A stretch of 64,000 nucleotides of DNA, taken from positions 37,914 to 101,913 of the IMG/VR virus record IMGVR_UViG_3300031251_000004; one strand, given 5' to 3'. Position 1 is the stretch's first letter. Each line of letters starts with the position of its first letter. Below, piece by piece: positions 45,481 to 55,598 of the stretch. Below the pieces are notes generated by a model. That model was given only the letters and a program-made list of their open reading frames with translations, was not told where the DNA came from and did no database searches. The DNA comes from a virus. The position numbers and the translations under genes were made by a program.

Positions 45481-48400
45481 CTAGCTTATAATAACAATTG
45501 ATGGATCTGGGCATACAGTATTTGTTAGTGGTGGGTTAGGAACACCAAGAATATTTTGTGCCTGAATTGAGTTTACATACACTGGATTATTATTCCATCC
45601 GGCTTTTTTGAGATATACCGTTATTTCCACCTTTGTATTTAAAGTTTGTTTTACAGGATCTTGATATAGATTTGTGAAATTCAATGTTAACAATCCAGTA
45701 GAATAATTTATAGAAACACCGATTTTACCATCAACTATAATACCTGTTATGCATTGAGGATCAATACCATTTATCATTGGAGAAAATGATTGTACTGATG
45801 CGGCAAATCTAATTTGATTTAGATTTAATGCATTGATTCCAACTGTGGTGCAATCAGCAAATTTCATAGCTCTATATCCAAGATTTGTATATCCGGTTCC
45901 AGATACATCAGCAATAAAATCAGTTAATAAATTAACACTATGTTCAGTATCAAATGATACATTTGGTACTTCGATTAGTATTGTTGACATTTCAAAATCC
46001 ATTTTCATAAAATAACCGTCAGGTCGTAAAAACTGACCGCCATCATTTACTATTAGGTTATTTGATATGAAAAAATCATTCCTACCTGGATCAAATGGCT
46101 TAGCTTCGGGGAAAACTTGAGATGTAACACCTGGAACAAAACATTTAGGATTTACATACCCTGTTTGGTAGTTAAATGAGGCTGAAACTAATCTAGGATT
46201 AGAATTAACAACAACTGAGGACTGATCCCATATTAGCTGTTGCATTACACTAAATGATAGTGGGTTATATTGTAGATTTTGATTTGCAAATGCTGTATAT
46301 CCATCTAAAAATACATCTGGTAGCATATGTAATGTTGTACCTCTGTTGGTAGCATTTGCCGGATAGTCATCATTTCTATCTATGTATTTTTCTAATGTTA
46401 AACGAATAGCATTAAATGATGTTCCAATTTTATTTGCAGGAGATGTTGTTGCTGGTATTGGCGCGACAGCATTAACATAATTTTCAATATAACTAATATC
46501 AGTTGCATTCAATATCATATCACCATTTATATCTGATCGCATAACTTGTAGTATTGTATCTGATGTATAATATTGTTTTTGTATAGATATATCATTATTA
46601 TTTATTAGATTTATAATAGTAAATGATCCATTATTTCCTGGACTTGTCACTGAATTAGTGATAGAAAGAGTATTGGATCCAAGATTTAATATACTATTGA
46701 AGTTTGCCGAAGCACTACCAAAATTAGCTTGTGCACCATTTGATGGATTTGGAACCAATATACCATCACTACCAGACGCAATAACAGTCATCGTTGGGCT
46801 TAGTACTTGCCAATGTAAATAACCATCAGCGACAAATAGTTCTGTTTGCTGAATATATTGACTATAACTTGGTATTACATTTAAATTAGCAACTTCTAAT
46901 TGTTGAGCTAAGATTAAATCATTATTATCAACAACACCATCACCATTTATATCTCCATATATCATAGAAATTAATTCAGCTTTTGATATTCTGTAATATA
47001 GCGATGGATTAGATACATTTGGTATTATCTTTGCACCATTCAACGATCCGTTTACTAATAATGATACTAACTCTATTATATTTTGATCATATCTATATCC
47101 ATCAGTTGGATCCGTAATTACTTTAATTACTATTTGATTACCAACCATTCCAAACTCATGAAACGCAGCGGTGGTCGTAGAAACGAATGCATTATATGAT
47201 TTTATATTTTGATCTGATATTGTACCTAATATTAACGGTGATGAAACATTTTGTATGTTCGCTAACCCTGTTGCATTTAACAATGTAATCGATGGTACGA
47301 GCTGTTGCTCAGTAAATACCGGCTCACCAGTTCGTTCGCTTTGTACTGGATCACTATCCTTTGTAATAGCCTGAAATAATGCATAGTATAAATCATTTCT
47401 AACAAACTGAATATCATTTAATACATAATCAACTGTAAGCCCGGTTGTTGGATCTATTTGTGTTTTTGGAACGAATGCTCCATTACCGGAATCATACGCT
47501 TGACCATCAGATACCTTTGCAGCATCAGTCCATACCTGAAACCATAATGACTGTTCTGGCACATCCACCCAAACACTTCCATTAAATAATGTTTCTCGTG
47601 TATTTGTGGCACTATTACTACCAACTGCAAACTGCACTTGGCAAGTATCAGCCGAACCTGCTCTTTTTACTGTAACAGCATAATAACTACCGGCTTGTAA
47701 AACTAATCCAGAACCAACAGGCGTATTACTAAATATGAAATCAACTGGTTGTGGTACAGTATTTAGTTGTATTCCAGACGCCAATAATGTTGAATAATTT
47801 ACGCTTAATTGAGCTATTGGGATATTAGATGGATCATAATCTATTGCTAATTGTGGTACAATGTCTGTTGGACAAGAAACCGTAGATTGCAATTGATACA
47901 AACTAATCAATAGATCGCCAGTCCATATTAAATTACTTGGCGTAGTATTATTTATTATAGAAAGAAGAAGTGTAATTTTTTGTATATTATTTGTAGTTAC
48001 TAAAAACTTTTGTGCCACCTGTGAGCTTACATCGTTTTCGACTATACTAGCATATGTTAGCGGTGCAATATTGATATTTAAATTGTCTATATTATAACTT
48101 GGCAATGCTGACATTAAAGTTTTTGCCAATGTAGTATTAGTACTAACGAAAAAATCTCTAAAAAACAAATTGGGCTCGATATCTTGCGATATCATTATAC
48201 AGTCTCTTGATAGAGTTAGTGGATTAGCTTCTTTGATTGTTATTCTACCACCAAGATTTAGTGATTGAACGGCGGCTCCAATAAAATCATTGAATAATAA
48301 TGTTAATATAGTTCTATAATGTTTTGAACTTAACTGTATTTCGTTTCTATCAAAAGTAAATCTGTCATATTGTAAATTATTTTGGAAGTCTAATCCTATA

Positions 48401-48714
48401 ACTAATACTTTAACAGTTCTATTTCCGGATGCCTGAGAATCAGATAGCTCTATTGCTAACTGATTACCATTATTACTATCTGATGGTTGAAATTGAATAT
48501 TTATAGGCTTTCCATCTAACAACCCATTAGCCGATTCTGAATCAAATAATACTCGCTGAATGAGCGAGTCTGGCAGAACGCCAGACCCAAAATGATTATT
48601 TATTATACCTGATTGTATAATATTATCATGAGTTTGCTCCAATGTTAGATTGGAATTATCGACATTTTGAGTATCGAAAAAAAGATTTTGAGGAGCTGAA
48701 ACTGGTACTCGCAT
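45481..48714 (-). CDS. Large virion structural protein with dockerin/EF-hand-like Ca-binding loops
   Basis: 1077 aa, beta-rich; GDINGDGVVDNNDL and SDINGDMILNATDI. Confidence 0.6.
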   Translation of the reverse strand: MRVPVSAPQNLFFDTQNVDNSNLTLEQTHDNIIQSGIINNHFGSGVLPDSLIQRVLFDSESANGLLDGKPINIQFQPSDSNNGNQLAIELSDSQASGNRTVKVLVIGLDFQNNLQYDRFTFDRNEIQLSSKHYRTILTLLFNDFIGAAVQSLNLGGRITIKEANPLTLSRDCIMISQDIEPNLFFRDFFVSTNTTLAKTLMSALPSYNIDNLNINIAPLTYASIVENDVSSQVAQKFLVTTNNIQKITLLLSIINNTTPSNLIWTGDLLISLYQLQSTVSCPTDIVPQLAIDYDPSNIPIAQLSVNYSTLLASGIQLNTVPQPVDFIFSNTPVGSGLVLQAGSYYAVTVKRAGSADTCQVQFAVGSNSATNTRETLFNGSVWVDVPEQSLWFQVWTDAAKVSDGQAYDSGNGAFVPKTQIDPTTGLTVDYVLNDIQFVRNDLYYALFQAITKDSDPVQSERTGEPVFTEQQLVPSITLLNATGLANIQNVSSPLILGTISDQNIKSYNAFVSTTTAAFHEFGMVGNQIVIKVITDPTDGYRYDQNIIELVSLLVNGSLNGAKIIPNVSNPSLYYRISKAELISMIYGDINGDGVVDNNDLILAQQLEVANLNVIPSYSQYIQQTELFVADGYLHWQVLSPTMTVIASGSDGILVPNPSNGAQANFGSASANFNSILNLGSNTLSITNSVTSPGNNGSFTIINLINNNDISIQKQYYTSDTILQVMRSDINGDMILNATDISYIENYVNAVAPIPATTSPANKIGTSFNAIRLTLEKYIDRNDDYPANATNRGTTLHMLPDVFLDGYTAFANQNLQYNPLSFSVMQQLIWDQSSVVVNSNPRLVSASFNYQTGYVNPKCFVPGVTSQVFPEAKPFDPGRNDFFISNNLIVNDGGQFLRPDGYFMKMDFEMSTILIEVPNVSFDTEHSVNLLTDFIADVSGTGYTNLGYRAMKFADCTTVGINALNLNQIRFAASVQSFSPMINGIDPQCITGIIVDGKIGVSINYSTGLLTLNFTNLYQDPVKQTLNTKVEITVYLKKAGWNNNPVYVNSIQAQNILGVPNPPLTNTVCPDPSIVIIS

Positions 48715-48732
48715 TATATATTCCTATCTAAT

Positions 48733-48747
48733 ATGCTGAATAATTAG
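48733..48747 (-). promoter_or_regulatory. Putative phage promoter motif CTA-N8-GCAT
   Basis: CTAATTATTCAGCAT followed by ATTAGATAGGA and the ATG of 45481..48714. Confidence 0.5.
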
Positions 48748-51700
48748 AAGTAGTTGATATACACCTGACTATTAGCTGGCTTCAAAATATTAATCAGTTC
48801 TTCTAATACTTGCTTCACGACAATATTATCTGCTAATATATCAAAAGTATCATAAACATTAATTGTAAAATCACTTAATCCTGTCATACTATTTTTTAGT
48901 GTGGCAAAATTAGTATTTTTAGTAATCAATGTATCAAAATCTAATAATAGTGTTGTATACAAATCTGGCGTTACAGGGAATATTATATTGGTATTTGTGC
49001 TATAATTTACATCTAATGACTCGCCAAATGGCATAAATAATGGCCAAGAGATATTGCTAATACGAAGATTATCTATCAACGCATAGGCTCCATTTACTCT
49101 GGAAAAATCCGATCCAATGAACAACTCATTTATTGAGTCTTTAAACATTATACTTGCTTGCATCGTATTTGGACCTGAGGATGATGATCCAAAAACTTGA
49201 TTTTGACCGAAGAGTAATCCGTTACCAAATAATGTATTACTTCGCTCATAACCATCAACAAAAAATCTAATTTCATCTGATCCAAGACCAGTATTTATTA
49301 TATAAGTTGCCTTAAGACGATGCCAGGTTCCTTTTGACCATAACGCAGGGCTCCTAATCTGATAGTCAATACCTGAGGCTCTAACATTGAATGTCACATA
49401 ACCAGCTGGATCTTTAAAAATAGATATTCTGTCTCCATTTGTTCCTGTTGGTACGTAATTAACAACTACTGGAGTTTGTTGATTAGGCAGTGGTCGATTT
49501 AGATATATAGTTTGCATATCTGGTGCAATTACTCCACCAGCAAAATAGTCTACGCTTTGACTACCTATTTGAAGTTTTACATTTTGTATTTGAGATATTC
49601 TTCCAGATACCTTTACAGTAGCATTGTTAATACTGATTATTTTTTCACTAACGATAGAAGAGGCATCAAAATAAAATCTGTAGTTTGGATCATTGCTTGT
49701 ATCATACATAGGATTAACCCAAAACTCGATAGTTCCTTGCTGTTTTGTCAATATACCAGTGTTATTTATTACCAATGGAGTATTAGTTATGGCTATACTT
49801 TTACCAAAATTATCATTCACGCTTATAGAAGATTGAATAAATTGATTTGATGCTGTAGTGTAAATTGATGAGTCATTGGTGAATGGGAAGGTATCAAAAT
49901 GAAGTAGCATCAATGTATTTTGTGTTGGCTTCAATGCCTTGATTGAATTAAAATCTTTTGTGATCGTTTCTTGGTTAGCCCCAACCATTTCACCGACCCT
50001 TACATCTGTAAGCTTTTCTGATACAATCATTAGCTCATCGATTGTTCCATTAAATATATTATTACCAGTAAAATCAGTACCAACATATGAGTACAGATTT
50101 CCTGTATTTATTGGAACAGACAGGTATGTATAATACTCAAAATTATATGATCCTTGAACCAGATTATATGGTTGACCCGGCGTTGATAGATTTTCTAGTA
50201 TAAAAAATCCGTTTTGAAGACCGCTTCTATATGTTGTAACAGTTAGTATCTCATATATTCCATCAGAAACAATTGGAGATGACAATGATGGGGATATCAT
50301 TGCGCTTGAGTGATCCGCTGATACCGATAGTATTTGATACTGCCCAGCATTTATTGCTGGATATGTAATCATCAAATAGTTTCCAACACTTTGTGAAGAA
50401 AAGAATCCGTTTTCATCGGAAACTGTATTACCACTACCGGTAAGCGTATTACCAGCAGCTGTTTGGTAGCTATACCTTATAGTTGGAACAACGGTACTAT
50501 TTTCTGCGACAGTTATAGGGTTAGCTTCTTGTATTGAAATTACAACACAGTTTTTAGTTGGATCAATTGGCTTACAAGTTACTACAGCATAGTCAACTGA
50601 AATAAATTGTGATACTGTTAATTGTGTTCCGTTTGCACTAAAAGTCAAAACTTCTGGTGATGATGTATTATTTGTACCATAAATTGAAACCGTTACGGGG
50701 CTTGAATAATCTACATTCGTACCAGAAACATATACAGATAGCGTTCTACCATTATCAGATATTGATGGCTGGTCCATTACTATATTATTAGATGTGAATA
50801 CACCGCCACCTAGCATTGAGTTGCTTGGACCAATATTAATTGTATCCAATAAGATATGTGTAATTTTAACATCTGAGAGTAAAATTGGAGATGGTAATTT
50901 TGTTTTTATTATATTAGAAGCATTACCCCATACATAATATTTATGATTGATCAATCTATGATTTAATCCAAGAGTTTCTATTAAAACTATATCATTTGGC
51001 AATGCTTTATCTAATATAGTTAATGTAATAGTATCATTTGAATTTCTCGTTATACTATATGCTGGATGCAATGCTCGTACACCAGGTATTTCCTGAGCTG
51101 CATTTGAATATATAAAAAATGCAGCGGAAGAATAATTTACTGGCATTTTAGAATTAAGAGTAAGGTTATTACCATTGACAGCTAAAATAATATAACTTTC
51201 AGCAAATCCGCTTTCAGCAATTCTGATTATGTATCCTGGTAAAATATTTTTTATTGAAAAATTAAATGAAGCTGATGTTACTATGTTATAACCATCTGTT
51301 ACCTGTAAGTCATTTCCATTTAATAATGAATGTAATAATGATACAGATATATTTGGATACAAATCTATTTCAGTTAATACATTGAAAGAAGTTTTATTTA
51401 CCGAGAAATATCCACCAGTCATAGACAATGGCATAACCGACGCTAATGTAAGTGTGTTTCCGTTGACATTTACTATAGAATAACCCGATTGAGAAAAACC
51501 TGGTTCTTCGATATAAATCATTCCACCATTTACAACCCCATATGCACTAAAATTTAATGACGATGTTACAATATTCGATCCAATAGTTGTTACCAAATCT
51601 ATTGATGAAACTATTGCAGAATTAATTACCCCAACAATTTCTTCCGGATCAACTGTTCTGAATTTTTCATGTAGATATGGCGCTATGTTACTACCATATT

Positions 51701-54700
51701 TTATTATATTTGGTACTTCCTTACCATCAACAAATAAATGCAACTCATCTCTACTATTTTTTGTATTTAGTGACCAAGACGCCGCAATATGATGTTTCTG
51801 TCCAGCCTTCCAACTAGAAATATCAGTATCCACTGTTGAATTTCTACCGTCCTTATCAAAAACTCTAAAATTTAGATATCCGCTTTCATCCTTATATATA
51901 GAGAATCTATTATGATTTTGATCTTTACCAAAATCAAAAACATAATGATTATAATCAGCTACAAATGTTATACCTTGATTTACATTACTAATTCCAGAAA
52001 TACTATATGATATATTATTTGTACCACTAAATATCCTATCAGAAGATAGTTGATTGTTTCTTGTTGGTTTTACATTATAAAATGTTCCATCTGTTTTTAC
52101 TGAAATTTGATAGTTTTTTATTCCATAACCATCTGCGTACCCATCTAAAACATCGAAATACCACCTACTAAAATTAGTATATGGATCATTTGCACAATAT
52201 ATAAAAACACCATCTTTACTTTTATTTGGAATCCCCAATGTATTACTATTTTTAGTAATAGTAAATGAAGCATAGCCATCAAAAACCGGATGATAGGCAG
52301 ATGGTCCAATGAATACATTTTGTGGTAGAACAGGCTGACCATTTTTAGTTATTGTAAAATGTAGCACTGATTGATTATCAATGCCATCCCAGTTTGGTAT
52401 AACCCAACACTCAAAAGATCCTTGCTCTAATCTCAAATTAGAAACTGTTGGAAATTTAATGACTTGACCAGGCGTGTTCATAAGAACACCGTTATCATAT
52501 TTCGCTTGTACTAATGAAAAGGAACCATTTGTTGTTATTGGTTGTGGATTGAGTAGATCACTTCCAAGTGACCAGTTTTGGAATGCAGATTCTATTATTT
52601 GTGGGGGTGCATGAACGATTGTTTCAACCAAATTGCTCATAGAAGTAATTGTTGGTCCCTCAGGAAAAGAACTCATTGCCGCTATCAACGCGTCTCTGTA
52701 TCTTTCTCTCTCAAATGAAACATCTAAACTATTTAGGATAGGTATATTTATTAGCGTTCCGAAATTTTTAAGTAACGCGTCTCGTAATGCACCAACTTTA
52801 TAGCTAACATAATATGTATCACCTTGACTCAATGCCATTGATTTGCTAAAATCTAATACATTATCACCATACTCGTAGCTAATAATTATTTCATCAGCTA
52901 AATATGTATAGTCTATATAATATCCGCCTTTATCATAATCTATAACTACTCGATAGAGATTATTTATTGTATAAGAATACGAAAGTTGTATTGCATCACC
53001 AGCATTTGGTGAATTAATATTTGGCAATATCAATTTAAGTGGATTACCAAAAACTAGCGTACCAGAATTATTCCATAATGTGGCGTTATCTGAGAGTCTT
53101 GTTATCTGAATATTTAATGTAATATTTGGAGACAAATATAATAAAGAAGTGTTTGCTAAAATATAATAATTAGTTCCATCAAATTGTACTGAATGATACT
53201 CAGTAAATGGTAATGAAGATACGGTTATATTTTTACCATTAAAAGTTGTAGCTTGTGAAAAATTAATCGGATTTATATTATTCAACAAGTCTTCATATTC
53301 ATATAATCCTCTTACATATCCAATATAACTGGATACTCCGGGAGAAAATACAGTATTTATAAATGTTCCAACTTGATTGTTATATATTTGATATGGATAT
53401 TCAGGATTTCCATTTAAAAATCCTTCATTCGCAACATCGAATGTTGATGGTAATATACTACCATCACTAAAATTTGTATATGAAAATTGTTTTGTTTTTT
53501 GATTTAAAATATTTAGCTGGTAATAGATATCATCAACTGAAATTAGATGCGGATTTGTTGGAGATATGTATCCTCGTTTATATGATATAAATCCAACTGA
53601 ATATGATTGCTCAATTGGAACATAACACCATACTACCCCGTTAACATAATCAATTTGGTAATCACCTATATTTTGAAGTCTAGCTATATTTTGTGTGTTT
53701 GTTGACGAATTATCAAAATATACTTCTTGTTGAAATGTACTAGTGTTTGAAAATGATACACTTGTATTGAATGATGATCCTATTTCATCCTGTGAAGTAG
53801 AAATAATATTGTTATTATTTAGAAAAAATTGAAATATCTCACCACCAGCTAATGTCATTACTGCTGCAACAGACAGCGTCTCATTTACAATATTTTGAAA
53901 TGTTGCTCGTTCTCCTGTCGTACTAACAATATTAGGAGCTTTGATATAGCTAAAAAATATTTGATTGTCAGTCCACCTGAGTATACTGTATACTTCACCG
54001 GTTGTTTGATTGAATATTCTAAATACATCTGTAACTGGAAAATTTAATGGCTGGATAGTATTTGTTGCAATTAATCTATTATCTACATATTCACTCAATA
54101 CTTCTATATGAGAGGCTACAACATAATCTATTCCTTGTGCCAATACTTGTTCATAATTAAATATTACATTAGCAGACGAACCAGTTAGACTTCCATTAGG
54201 TAATGCAACTAACTCGAAACTATCTGAATCATATACATAATCTATCTGAGATTTAAAAACATATCTATAACTGTATGTAGCTAATGGAGGATACGCGCCC
54301 GTTCCTGTTTTATTATCTTGTCCATACACATACACATTACCAGTATTGTAATCAACTGAATATTCGCCTACTTGTGATGGTAAGTAATCAAATCTAAATG
54401 GTATTTCATATAAAAATGCAGGGTGCGGAGTACCAGATCCTGGAAATGCGTTAGGATCTATAAATACCACATCACCAATAGTTCCTATAGCATCTGAGCC
54501 TGTTACTATTGGAGCATGCATTAGTGTAAAAGTATTTTCTAATGGTGGAACAATTTCACGACCAGATGATATTACCGTATCAATAACTAATGATGATGGA
54601 TCTAAAACTTTTCCAGTATCTCTATACTGGTATGTAACCTGAATGTATGCAAGATTTTCTATTGAAAAATTAGGATCATTAAATACTTCTTGATTCAATT

Positions 54701-55598
54701 TTAATTGATTATCAGCAAGTAATACATAAGTAAATGCGTTATCAGGATCATATGTCGAATCTAATATCTGATATCCATATGTTGGTATATCATAATTATA
54801 CGGTGGCATTGATGAATTATATACAAACACTACGCTATTTAATACTATTACAAATCGTTCAGTAGAATTAATTGTAAAAGTATCCATATTAAATGAACCG
54901 GATTTATCAACATAAACCACTGGTAAACTCTCTGTGTAATTTGCAGATTGTAATGATACAGGATATGATGGAAAAGTTGATATTGATGTTATATTTTGTA
55001 CTGGATCATTAGTTGGGTTCATGCCAACTCTTAGTATTTCATATGCGCTTTCCTCATTCAGTCTATCGTATGGTCCAGTGCCTCTCGTTTTTGACTCATC
55101 AATTATGGTAGTACTTAAGTAATTTTCATTTTTTGACTGTCGCACAGCATACAATGATTGCGACAGTACAGAAGATAGTCCTTTGATGTAATTCGATATT
55201 ATCGAAGGGCTATCTAAATCATAAACATTATTTCGTAAAAAATTGTTTAGATATATTAGCACAGGATTACCAGCATCCAGTGGACCTAATATTAATTGTC
55301 TATTCGTTACACCGTCATTCAAAATGAATGCATCGCCATTAAGTGAATTGAATGGCACTTGGCTGGTTGATTGAAAAATTATATAATATGCGGCTTGTGG
55401 AACTAATGGCTGTGTGGTAATATTTAATGTATTACCTAATACACTAACAATTAATACAGATGAGTCAGAAACCCCGGGAGTTTGTGAACTTATTGTAATA
55501 TTTGATGTATCTATATTTTCATTTAAATTTTCTGAAAATTTAGCAGTAATAGTAGTACTAGTTACTACCGATACAGTTATGATTCTTAAGTTAGCCAC
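48744..55598 (-). CDS. Giant baseplate-wedge-like protein with LamG/ConA-like domains
   Basis: 2284 aa; LLKNFG....ERYRDAL......GPT wedge-type segment; two LamG-like motif sets (GSFECWV, HHIAASW..LFVDG, IDEL.I; GTIEFWV, WHRL..FVDG, IDNLRIS); directly after baseplate J. Confidence 0.65.
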   Translation of the reverse strand: MANLRIITVSVVTSTTITAKFSENLNENIDTSNITISSQTPGVSDSSVLIVSVLGNTLNITTQPLVPQAAYYIIFQSTSQVPFNSLNGDAFILNDGVTNRQLILGPLDAGNPVLIYLNNFLRNNVYDLDSPSIISNYIKGLSSVLSQSLYAVRQSKNENYLSTTIIDESKTRGTGPYDRLNEESAYEILRVGMNPTNDPVQNITSISTFPSYPVSLQSANYTESLPVVYVDKSGSFNMDTFTINSTERFVIVLNSVVFVYNSSMPPYNYDIPTYGYQILDSTYDPDNAFTYVLLADNQLKLNQEVFNDPNFSIENLAYIQVTYQYRDTGKVLDPSSLVIDTVISSGREIVPPLENTFTLMHAPIVTGSDAIGTIGDVVFIDPNAFPGSGTPHPAFLYEIPFRFDYLPSQVGEYSVDYNTGNVYVYGQDNKTGTGAYPPLATYSYRYVFKSQIDYVYDSDSFELVALPNGSLTGSSANVIFNYEQVLAQGIDYVVASHIEVLSEYVDNRLIATNTIQPLNFPVTDVFRIFNQTTGEVYSILRWTDNQIFFSYIKAPNIVSTTGERATFQNIVNETLSVAAVMTLAGGEIFQFFLNNNNIISTSQDEIGSSFNTSVSFSNTSTFQQEVYFDNSSTNTQNIARLQNIGDYQIDYVNGVVWCYVPIEQSYSVGFISYKRGYISPTNPHLISVDDIYYQLNILNQKTKQFSYTNFSDGSILPSTFDVANEGFLNGNPEYPYQIYNNQVGTFINTVFSPGVSSYIGYVRGLYEYEDLLNNINPINFSQATTFNGKNITVSSLPFTEYHSVQFDGTNYYILANTSLLYLSPNITLNIQITRLSDNATLWNNSGTLVFGNPLKLILPNINSPNAGDAIQLSYSYTINNLYRVVIDYDKGGYYIDYTYLADEIIISYEYGDNVLDFSKSMALSQGDTYYVSYKVGALRDALLKNFGTLINIPILNSLDVSFERERYRDALIAAMSSFPEGPTITSMSNLVETIVHAPPQIIESAFQNWSLGSDLLNPQPITTNGSFSLVQAKYDNGVLMNTPGQVIKFPTVSNLRLEQGSFECWVIPNWDGIDNQSVLHFTITKNGQPVLPQNVFIGPSAYHPVFDGYASFTITKNSNTLGIPNKSKDGVFIYCANDPYTNFSRWYFDVLDGYADGYGIKNYQISVKTDGTFYNVKPTRNNQLSSDRIFSGTNNISYSISGISNVNQGITFVADYNHYVFDFGKDQNHNRFSIYKDESGYLNFRVFDKDGRNSTVDTDISSWKAGQKHHIAASWSLNTKNSRDELHLFVDGKEVPNIIKYGSNIAPYLHEKFRTVDPEEIVGVINSAIVSSIDLVTTIGSNIVTSSLNFSAYGVVNGGMIYIEEPGFSQSGYSIVNVNGNTLTLASVMPLSMTGGYFSVNKTSFNVLTEIDLYPNISVSLLHSLLNGNDLQVTDGYNIVTSASFNFSIKNILPGYIIRIAESGFAESYIILAVNGNNLTLNSKMPVNYSSAAFFIYSNAAQEIPGVRALHPAYSITRNSNDTITLTILDKALPNDIVLIETLGLNHRLINHKYYVWGNASNIIKTKLPSPILLSDVKITHILLDTINIGPSNSMLGGGVFTSNNIVMDQPSISDNGRTLSVYVSGTNVDYSSPVTVSIYGTNNTSSPEVLTFSANGTQLTVSQFISVDYAVVTCKPIDPTKNCVVISIQEANPITVAENSTVVPTIRYSYQTAAGNTLTGSGNTVSDENGFFSSQSVGNYLMITYPAINAGQYQILSVSADHSSAMISPSLSSPIVSDGIYEILTVTTYRSGLQNGFFILENLSTPGQPYNLVQGSYNFEYYTYLSVPINTGNLYSYVGTDFTGNNIFNGTIDELMIVSEKLTDVRVGEMVGANQETITKDFNSIKALKPTQNTLMLLHFDTFPFTNDSSIYTTASNQFIQSSISVNDNFGKSIAITNTPLVINNTGILTKQQGTIEFWVNPMYDTSNDPNYRFYFDASSIVSEKIISINNATVKVSGRISQIQNVKLQIGSQSVDYFAGGVIAPDMQTIYLNRPLPNQQTPVVVNYVPTGTNGDRISIFKDPAGYVTFNVRASGIDYQIRSPALWSKGTWHRLKATYIINTGLGSDEIRFFVDGYERSNTLFGNGLLFGQNQVFGSSSSGPNTMQASIMFKDSINELFIGSDFSRVNGAYALIDNLRISNISWPLFMPFGESLDVNYSTNTNIIFPVTPDLYTTLLLDFDTLITKNTNFATLKNSMTGLSDFTINVYDTFDILADNIVVKQVLEELINILKPANSQVYINYF

